24,464 nucleotides of DNA, taken from positions 1-24,464 of IMG/VR virus record IMGVR_UViG_3300006789_000153. One strand, given 5' to 3'. Positions 8,392 through 16,113 of the stretch are shown in pieces. How positions within the stretch are numbered: the stretch's first letter is position 1; each line of letters starts with the position of its first letter. A program made the translations under genes and the position numbers. Below the pieces are notes generated by a model. The model was not told the DNA's origin and did no database searches. It saw only the letters and a program-made list of their open reading frames with translations. Origin of the DNA: a virus (Duplodnaviria; Caudoviricetes).

Positions 8392-10026
8392 GTGGGCATG
8401 GCTCAACGGGTTGATCGCTACAGGGGTGGACGCCAGCGTTCTCAACCCGGCACTATTCCTGCACCTATCGACGGTATAAATGCTACAGCGGCGCTCGCGG
8501 CTATGAGTCCTCTGGAGTGTATTTACTCGTATAACATGCTCCCTAAAGACTCAGGCATGGAGGTTCGCAAAGGGTCTGTAGAATATGCAAACGGCTGGAC
8601 AGGCACTTTTGCCCGTAGTATTGTGGCTTTCGAGGGGCAGGATTCATCTAACGACAGGTTATGGGTATGTAACACTACGGGTATATGGGATGTCACCACT
8701 GACGGTGAAACGTCACCAACGCAGGATGTTACGTTTGCCACGACCACGGGTAACGCAGGCATAGTCTCCTACGTGCAGTTCAGCACCGATGGCGATGAAG
8801 AACTGCTACTCCTGTGCGACGGCGCTAACGGATACTATACGTGGACACGCAGCACTGACACATGGGCTAAGATCGCAACGGGCGCAGGCGCTACGCAGAT
8901 AGATAATGTAGACCCTGTGAACTTTGATTTTGTCACGATCTGGAAGAAGCGTGTTTGGTTCATTGAAGCGGGTAAGAGTTCAGCGTGGTATCTCGCCCCC
9001 GGTGCCGCTTACGGCGCAGCCATAGAATTTAACTTCGCTGACCAGTTCAGGTTCGGCGGCGCACTCAGGGCGATACACAACTGGACGCTCGACGCGGGCG
9101 ACGGTATCGACGATAAGCTGGTGGCTATATCAGGTGGCGGTGATGTCTGTGTATACACAGGTACTGACCCGGCAGCGGTGTCGTCTTTCGAGTTACAGGG
9201 TACGTGGTACGTGGGCGCGGTGCCTGCGGGCAGACGTATTGCCACAGAACACGCTGGCGACCTGTTTATACTGTCCAGACAAGGGCTTATGGCCCTCTCC
9301 CGCCTGACGCAAGGCATGACAGGCGAGGATGCGTCGATCACGCATAAGATTTCGCCGTACATACGCGAGGTGCTGGACAATGAACTGACTACTTTCGGGT
9401 GGGATGTCCACGTCGATATGACAGAGAACCTGCTCACAATCAACACGCCAGCGCGGTCAGATAACACGCAGCAGCAGAATTTCCAGATGTACCTCGGGCG
9501 AGGATCGTGGGGTATTGTACGTGACCTGCCTATCGCTAATACCACCAACTGGCAGGGTGAGGTGTACTGGACGGATAACGTCCAACTTAAAGTATTTAAG
9601 AAGTCAGGGAACATAGATCAGGTCTACCTTAACACAGCGACAGATGGTGAGGCGGTAGCAATAGATTGGCAGCTACTGACGGCGTATCAGGATTTTGGTT
9701 CCTCTGCGGCGTATAAACGCCTGCATTTCATCAGACCTATATTCTCCTCTGACGGGGCTGAACCCGGTATAAATGTCCGGGCGTATTATAACTATGATCT
9801 CAGCGCCATCTCTGAACCCCCTACGCTGGGTGCCGATGTGGTAGGCACTTGGAATACAGATTTATGGGGCAGCACTATCTGGGGTGGTGCGCTCCGCGTG
9901 TCTGAAGACCTTAAAGGCGGCGCAGGAATGGGGCGTCACTGCGCGGTGAACATTCGCGGGCGTACAGGTGATATTACCACGTTACTTGCCTTCGATATTG
10001 TCTACGACACAGGGGGGCTTCTGTAG
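8392..10026 (+). CDS. Tail nozzle / tail tubular protein B (P22 gp10-like DNA stabilisation protein)
   Basis: 544 aa, beta-rich. IPAPIDGIN near the N-terminus, WKKRVWFIE...AWYL, WTLDAGDGIDDKLVAIS..G.V.VY.GTDP and K...FIRPIF motifs; canonical position after the adaptor. Confidence 0.8.
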   Translation: MGMAQRVDRYRGGRQRSQPGTIPAPIDGINATAALAAMSPLECIYSYNMLPKDSGMEVRKGSVEYANGWTGTFARSIVAFEGQDSSNDRLWVCNTTGIWDVTTDGETSPTQDVTFATTTGNAGIVSYVQFSTDGDEELLLLCDGANGYYTWTRSTDTWAKIATGAGATQIDNVDPVNFDFVTIWKKRVWFIEAGKSSAWYLAPGAAYGAAIEFNFADQFRFGGALRAIHNWTLDAGDGIDDKLVAISGGGDVCVYTGTDPAAVSSFELQGTWYVGAVPAGRRIATEHAGDLFILSRQGLMALSRLTQGMTGEDASITHKISPYIREVLDNELTTFGWDVHVDMTENLLTINTPARSDNTQQQNFQMYLGRGSWGIVRDLPIANTTNWQGEVYWTDNVQLKVFKKSGNIDQVYLNTATDGEAVAIDWQLLTAYQDFGSSAAYKRLHFIRPIFSSDGAEPGINVRAYYNYDLSAISEPPTLGADVVGTWNTDLWGSTIWGGALRVSEDLKGGAGMGRHCAVNIRGRTGDITTLLAFDIVYDTGGLL

Positions 10027-10469
10027 TGTTTTACTTCGTCCCCATCCTGCCGTGGCACTGGGAGATGATCCCCGCTAAAGCCCGACCTCGTAAGTGTGAG
10101 GACACACGGGGTATTGTAGCGCAGGACGAAACGGGTAAACTGGTAGCCGCGTGCGTACTGGACACATGGTCGTTTAACTCGTGCCAGATACACATATTTA
10201 TAGACAACCCGTTCGTATTGAAAAACGGGTTTGCAGAAGAGGTTTTTAAGTTCGCGTTCAGTGAAGAATCAGGGCGTGAGGTGGTGATAGGTATCACGCC
10301 TGAAGACAATAAGCAGGCGTTGAAGTTTATACGCCATATAGGATTTGAAGACATAGGCCGCGTACCTGACGGCTACAAGAAGGGGGTCGATTACATATTG
10401 ACCGCCATGAGAAAAGAGAAATGCCGCTGGATAGATCAACCAGCAGTAGAGGACACAGCACATGGGTAA
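10026..10469 (+). CDS. GNAT-family acetyltransferase-like virion-morphogenesis protein
   Basis: GITPEDNKQALKFIRHIGFEDIGRVPDGY matches the GNAT C-terminal motif (N..A..F....GF). Its position between nozzle and ejection genes is common in podoviruses. Confidence 0.8.
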   Translation: MFYFVPILPWHWEMIPAKARPRKCEDTRGIVAQDETGKLVAACVLDTWSFNSCQIHIFIDNPFVLKNGFAEEVFKFAFSEESGREVVIGITPEDNKQALKFIRHIGFEDIGRVPDGYKKGVDYILTAMRKEKCRWIDQPAVEDTAHG

Positions 10470-12099
10470 AAAAGACGCACCAGACGCACCAGACTATACA
10501 GGTGCAGCGGTAGAAGAAGCAGAAGCGGGCAAGGAGATTGTTCGTCAGCAAACGTGGGCTAATCGACCTGAGCAAATTACGCCGTGGGGGTCTACGTCGT
10601 GGAGCACTAAAAGCAGGGTTGACCCATCTACAAACAAAGCGGTTACTCAATGGCACCAAACAGAGGCACTCAACCCACAGATACAGCGGGCGCTTGACTC
10701 ACAAATAGCGGTACAGCAGGGGCGCTCTGGTCTAGCGCAAAACTTGATAGGCAGGGCCGCAGGTGAGACGGCCCAGCAGTTTGATTGGAATAACATGCCT
10801 GATCCCGCGTCAGCACCTGACGTGCCTGACTTTTATGGTCAGGGGCTTACGCAGATGGGTTCGCTACCCAACCCCAACCCCGCACAACAGGCGCTCCCTG
10901 AAGGTGCACAGCAGTACAACGAGTTAAACTCGTGGCAGCAAGGCCCACAGGCGCAGGGACTTGGGCAGGAGAACATCCAGCGCGGTCTTAACTATGCCGA
11001 TTTAAACGATGTCAACGCAGCCGGGGCGTATAACCCTGACTTTGCACAGACCCAATACGATAGGAATATGTCACTCCTGCGCCCGGAACAAGAGCGGGCG
11101 ATGGAGAGCATGGAAGTACAACTCCGCAACCGGGGTTTAACACCCGGCACGGAGGCGTATGACCGGGGCATCCGTGATCTGCGTAACCAGCAGAGTGAGG
11201 CGCGTGGGCGTATCTCAGCGGACTCTGTACGCTATGGCGGACAGGAGCAACAGAACCAGTTTCAACGTGAGATGGCGCGAAGGGGCCAGCAGGCGGGTGA
11301 GATCAACCAGCAAGGCCAGTTCGCTAATCAGGCGGCACAACAGGCACTACAGCAGCAGTTGGGTATAGGTGCCCAGCGATTCGGTCAGCAGGCGCAAGCA
11401 GCACAGCAGGCCAATGCACTGCGTGGGCAACAGTTCGGTGAGATGCAGGCACTACAGCAGCAGCAGGGCAGCGCTCAAGATGCGGCGTTTAACCGCCAGA
11501 TGCAGACAGCGAACTATCAGGATCAGCAGCGTAACCAGTTGATGAAAGAGCAGTTGGCGATGGGCGGGCAGGGCTTTAATCAGCAGATGCAAGCCGCGAA
11601 CTACCAGAACACGCTCAGACAGCAGGCGATTGCAGAAGAAGCCCAGCGCAGAGGTATGTCCATCAACGAGATGAACGCGCTTATGACCGGGCAGCAGGTC
11701 GGTACGCCTCAGATGCCGCAGTTTATGGGTGCAGGCGCAGCACAGGCTCCGCAGCTACTTGCAGCAGCACAGGCGCAGGGTAACTTCGACCAGCAGGGCT
11801 ACAGTACAGGTGCAGGCATGTTTAACGCCTTCATGGGCGCTGCGGGTGCGGGTATGAAAGCAAGTGACCGACGCTTGAAGCACGATATACAGCGTAGAGG
11901 CACTTCTCCGTCTGGTATTCCAACTTACACGTTCAGGTATAGCGACGATGATACTGGACAGGTGTACAGCGGTGCGATGGCTCAAGACTTGTTGGCTATG
12001 GGCCTTGGTCATGCGGTAGCTGAAGGCATAAACGGTATGCTCGGGGTCTTCTACGACCTGATTGACGTAGAGTGCGTCCCGGTAAGGCGGGGGGTTTAA
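10462..12099 (+). CDS. DNA ejection/pilot (internal virion) protein with C-terminal Peptidase_S74-like autocleaving chaperone domain
   Basis: MGKKDAPDAPDY N-terminus and a very Gln-rich helical body. The C-terminal SDRRLKHDI...IPTYTFRY...GAMAQDL...GMLGVFYDLI (from 11863) matches the S74 signature. Confidence 0.75.
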   Translation: MGKKDAPDAPDYTGAAVEEAEAGKEIVRQQTWANRPEQITPWGSTSWSTKSRVDPSTNKAVTQWHQTEALNPQIQRALDSQIAVQQGRSGLAQNLIGRAAGETAQQFDWNNMPDPASAPDVPDFYGQGLTQMGSLPNPNPAQQALPEGAQQYNELNSWQQGPQAQGLGQENIQRGLNYADLNDVNAAGAYNPDFAQTQYDRNMSLLRPEQERAMESMEVQLRNRGLTPGTEAYDRGIRDLRNQQSEARGRISADSVRYGGQEQQNQFQREMARRGQQAGEINQQGQFANQAAQQALQQQLGIGAQRFGQQAQAAQQANALRGQQFGEMQALQQQQGSAQDAAFNRQMQTANYQDQQRNQLMKEQLAMGGQGFNQQMQAANYQNTLRQQAIAEEAQRRGMSINEMNALMTGQQVGTPQMPQFMGAGAAQAPQLLAAAQAQGNFDQQGYSTGAGMFNAFMGAAGAGMKASDRRLKHDIQRRGTSPSGIPTYTFRYSDDDTGQVYSGAMAQDLLAMGLGHAVAEGINGMLGVFYDLIDVECVPVRRGV

Positions 12100-12102
12100 A
12101 CA

Positions 12103-13440
12103 ATGTTAATGCCACAGTTACGCGCGGATAGCGACGAGGAAAAGAAGCGTCAGGAGGAGATACGTCAAGCGGAGGCGCAAAAGCTATCGGAGCAACGAGA
12201 AGCGGCGCGACTCGCCAGTATCGAGCAGGCCAAAGGTAATCAGACAGCTAACAACCCTTACATACCTATATCGGATAAGGCGCGGGCGGCAAACGCTGAG
12301 TTAGATAAAACAGCCGCAGCGCGCTACGGCAAAGAGCAGTACGAGAAAAATAAGTGGCAAGGTGATGGCCTTATCTTCGCTCCCGCTGCCGCTTTGATGA
12401 ACATGTTTACCAAGAAAAAGAAAATCTCTGAGGCTACAGAGTCGGAGTTCGGGCGCTTGACTCAAGCACGCGCCGCGCAAAAAGAACAGCGTATGCGCGA
12501 GCACGCGATGAAAGGTCAGACGGCACTGACTAAATCAATAGACGCGATTAATTCGAGCAGCACTCTCGCGGGAGAACGTGTATCTCTACAGGAAGACCAA
12601 CAGGGGGCCACGGCAGGACTGCAAGAAGACCAACAAGAACATGCAATACTCATGCAACAAGACAGGCAGGATGAAGCGGCTAAACAGAAGACGTATCAGC
12701 AAGTGCATAACCCTGACGACATTTCTAAGCCGATGGGTGTGTGGCAAGATAGAGAAGGACAGACGTGGGTTGATGAAGGTAAAGGCCCTGAGTTGTACAA
12801 AGGCACTGTACCTCCTAAAGACTTCCGCAAGTGGGTGGATGATGCCAGAGGGGGTAGCTCTGCGGCGGCTAAAAAGTTTGAACACGACAAGTTACTTACG
12901 GATGTCAACATAGACCCGTTTGTAAACACCATGCGTGAGGTCTTCGGCGCGGGTAAAGAAATACTCAACGCGGCTACAGGGCGTTTCGACCCTCAGAGAC
13001 ACATAGGTGAGCAACAATTCGCGGGTGAAGATAGTAAGTTTTATAACGAGGTCAATAAAATTCAAAGCGGTATTAAGCGTTTAAACTTCGTAGCAGCAGG
13101 GCCGCTACTTCAGATGCTGGGCATACCTTCTAATAGGGATGTTCAGGAAGCCTTCGGCGCAGTTGGGGGTTTGAACAACAGTGTCCCCGCGATGATAAGC
13201 ACATATAAAAATGCCGTGATACCTAAAATAATAGGCGAAGCGCGCGCAGTAGGTGTACGAAGCAAAGAAGAAATCGACGCCATCGAAAAAATACTGTATG
13301 AGATTGTAGACGACGCAGAGAAAGACTACCAAGGTGAACCTGAAACAGATAAAGCATCTATGGAGGCGGAACTAAAACAACTACAAGAGGAAATCAACCG
13401 GGACAGCGCCACAAATAACTACGACACCCGGACAGACTAG
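12103..13440 (+). CDS. Internal virion / ejection protein (putative)
   Basis: 445 aa, charged and helical with one hydrophobic Ala-rich patch (GLIFAPAAALMNMF). Called from its position in the ejection-protein block. Confidence 0.55.
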   Translation: MLMPQLRADSDEEKKRQEEIRQAEAQKLSEQREAARLASIEQAKGNQTANNPYIPISDKARAANAELDKTAAARYGKEQYEKNKWQGDGLIFAPAAALMNMFTKKKKISEATESEFGRLTQARAAQKEQRMREHAMKGQTALTKSIDAINSSSTLAGERVSLQEDQQGATAGLQEDQQEHAILMQQDRQDEAAKQKTYQQVHNPDDISKPMGVWQDREGQTWVDEGKGPELYKGTVPPKDFRKWVDDARGGSSAAAKKFEHDKLLTDVNIDPFVNTMREVFGAGKEILNAATGRFDPQRHIGEQQFAGEDSKFYNEVNKIQSGIKRLNFVAAGPLLQMLGIPSNRDVQEAFGAVGGLNNSVPAMISTYKNAVIPKIIGEARAVGVRSKEEIDAIEKILYEIVDDAEKDYQGEPETDKASMEAELKQLQEEINRDSATNNYDTRTD

Positions 13441-16101
13441 ATGACGCCCGAAGAACGCCAAAAAAAGGAAGCTAGAATAGCTCTCCTCCGCAAAAAGCTA
13501 CGCGTGGAGGAACTAAAAGAGAAGATAGCAAGCCACAAAATGAGCTACGACGAAGCCACTAAAGGTGAAGTCGCAGCCGAGGTCGGGCGCTCGGTTGTCA
13601 GAGGGGGTGGGTACGCCGCTGAAGGCTTCGCGGACATATACGACATAGCCCGCGCGTCAGTTGACCAGTTAGCCCCCGAGTCATGGGGTGTGGAAGATCG
13701 TAGTGTGATGGATCAGATAAACCCTTTTGCGCCCCCGGACAAAGGGGACATAGCGCGAGAGAAGTTCGCTAAAGACACCGGGTTAGACGAGTGGGGTAAA
13801 GAGAAAATACGCCGGGGCGATAACGCACTGCTCGATATGACGAAGACAGCCAGCGAATACATAATGCCGGTAGTCACTGGCGGTGGCCTTGGAGGCTTAA
13901 AACAGACAGCCAAGAACATAGCCAAGATAGGCGGTGGCGCAGCGGTAGGTGAGCAGGTAGGCGGCGAGACAGGTGAGATGATTGGCGACCTCACGAGCGG
14001 TGTAGCCTCACGCGCTACGTTGGACAGAGGTAAACAGTTATTCAACAAGTATTTCAAAGGCGACCCTAACCATTTAAGCGACATGGACATAGAGGACGCC
14101 CTTCAAGCGATAATGCTCCACGCTGACGACCCGGAGAAGGCGAAAGCTAACTTTCTAAAGGCGCTTGAGAACGGCGAGAAAGGTACGTTTGCCGACTTGT
14201 GTAAGGACAGGGGCATCTACAACGTAGAGGCTATGGCGCAAGCGGGTACGTCAGCAGGTAACAAGCTCAACGTCGCACAGGAGCAGCGCAACGCCCAGAT
14301 GGAGCAGCGCATAGGCGACCAGTTTGATGACCATGCGTATGTGAACCCCGACCAGCCCGGACAGGTAGGCCGTGATGTACTTACAGGGAAGATACAAGAA
14401 CGTAGGGGGCTGCGTGACGAGAGCATAGCGGGCGCAGAGCGACTGGCAGCCGCAGGATTAACCCAATCACGCGCTAAAGTGGAAGGCGCAACGTCTGACC
14501 TCATGGACGCGGAGCGTTTAAACGCCGACGCGATAAACACCGGAGGTAACTTCACACCTCCATCAGCGGCAAGTGAGAAGTTGTCTAACACGTATGCCCT
14601 TACGGAAAAGGCCGACGACGTAAGGAATGTCCGCCCGGTGTGGGCACCATTTAATGACCCCAACCTACCCCCTATTGATGTGGCTAACATCGTGCCGATG
14701 GTGCGCGCTGAACTGGCTAAAATGAATAGTGCCAAGCGCAAGGGTATAGAAAAACATTTCGCAAACGAGCTAAAACTGCTGGATGACATGAACCCCGCTA
14801 CAGGGGAGCACCCTAACGAGGTGCAGGGTGTGATAGACCTCATAAAAGGTAAGTTGACCAACATCGACGCGGCTAAGACGTATACACGCGAGATGGTACA
14901 GATAAACAAAAAATTGGAGAAGTTTCTTCAAGATAGTGCCGCAGGCGGTATGTACAAAGCGGGGCAAGCCGCGACTAAAAAACACAAAGACAAATTTGAA
15001 CCCGGTAGCGTAGGTGACGCACGTAGAAAAACCACCGATGGTAGGCTGTTAATGGCTAACATGGGTGAGAACCTTGAAAAAGGTGCTGTTACAGCAGCAG
15101 AGATCAAGCAATCAGGCTCACCAGCGGTCATCAAGACGTTTAAACAGACCATGATGAGCCTTGCTACCCGCGAAGAAGGTTTAGGCAGGCTGGATGCGTT
15201 CATCAACAAACACGACGAGTTATTGTCAGCCTTTCCTGACCTTCGCGATCAAGTACACACGTTACAAAGAGCGAATAAAAGACTTGATACGCAGGTAAAA
15301 GCCACAAAAGACATACACAAGGTCGAGGCAACCGCGCAGAAAGACATGGCGGGCACGCTGAAGCAGGCCAGAAAGGCCGCTAATGCAAAAGCCACGAAGG
15401 GCACGAAGGCGCTGTACGCCAGCGTCCTCGGAGACTTCGCGGACAAGCCTCAGAAGTCGATCACGAAGATACTCAACGACGAGAATGGCCCTGACATGAT
15501 GAAACGACTCATCAACGACGTGGGTAAGACACCCAAGGACAGGGCAAACCTGAAGTCACTTATAGGGCAGCAGTTCCTTGAAGGCATCAGCAGGACAGAG
15601 GGCACGATCAACCCTGCTACAGTGGCGCAGTTCAAAAAAATGCGCGGGACACTGGAAGCAGACGGCATCATGTCCGGGCCTGAACTGGATGTGATAGCTG
15701 ATGTGCTTGACCTGACTGAAGGCACCGCTATGCGTAGGGGCGCGTCACCGATCAAGCATGACTTCTCAAGGCATGACAAAATAGCCTCGGCACTTGTCGC
15801 CACAGCTATGCTAAAATTCTTACCGGGTAACTCATTACTGCTCTCAGGCACGACGCGAGATTGGTTCAAAGAAGCAGTATTGAAAGTGGGCGATCCACAG
15901 ATTACGAAGGCGCTCGACACCATGATAGGTGACGCGGGCAGATTCGAGGAGGCGGTCAAGAAGTTTAAACCCGCTTCTGAGGTAGATATGAAGAACATGC
16001 TTACGTCTATGTTGAAGGACGCGCAGAATCAAACAATAGGCGTCGTAGTCCCCGCGACAATGGTACAGGCGGGCAACGAACAGACGTACAGCAGAGAATA
16101 G
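13441..16101 (+). CDS. Large internal virion / ejection protein (putative)
   Basis: 886 aa, alpha-helical and Lys/Ala-rich with a Gly-rich segment (TGGGLGGL...IGGGAAVG). Last gene before the tail fibre, as for large ejection proteins of podoviruses. Confidence 0.6.
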   Translation: MTPEERQKKEARIALLRKKLRVEELKEKIASHKMSYDEATKGEVAAEVGRSVVRGGGYAAEGFADIYDIARASVDQLAPESWGVEDRSVMDQINPFAPPDKGDIAREKFAKDTGLDEWGKEKIRRGDNALLDMTKTASEYIMPVVTGGGLGGLKQTAKNIAKIGGGAAVGEQVGGETGEMIGDLTSGVASRATLDRGKQLFNKYFKGDPNHLSDMDIEDALQAIMLHADDPEKAKANFLKALENGEKGTFADLCKDRGIYNVEAMAQAGTSAGNKLNVAQEQRNAQMEQRIGDQFDDHAYVNPDQPGQVGRDVLTGKIQERRGLRDESIAGAERLAAAGLTQSRAKVEGATSDLMDAERLNADAINTGGNFTPPSAASEKLSNTYALTEKADDVRNVRPVWAPFNDPNLPPIDVANIVPMVRAELAKMNSAKRKGIEKHFANELKLLDDMNPATGEHPNEVQGVIDLIKGKLTNIDAAKTYTREMVQINKKLEKFLQDSAAGGMYKAGQAATKKHKDKFEPGSVGDARRKTTDGRLLMANMGENLEKGAVTAAEIKQSGSPAVIKTFKQTMMSLATREEGLGRLDAFINKHDELLSAFPDLRDQVHTLQRANKRLDTQVKATKDIHKVEATAQKDMAGTLKQARKAANAKATKGTKALYASVLGDFADKPQKSITKILNDENGPDMMKRLINDVGKTPKDRANLKSLIGQQFLEGISRTEGTINPATVAQFKKMRGTLEADGIMSGPELDVIADVLDLTEGTAMRRGASPIKHDFSRHDKIASALVATAMLKFLPGNSLLLSGTTRDWFKEAVLKVGDPQITKALDTMIGDAGRFEEAVKKFKPASEVDMKNMLTSMLKDAQNQTIGVVVPATMVQAGNEQTYSRE

Positions 16102-16113
16102 GAGCGTTTAAAC

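Noticed and set aside
11240-11780. CAG-rich low-complexity tract as a DNA repeat element
   Set aside because: Explained by the Gln-rich helical protein sequence. There is no regular DNA period beyond codons.
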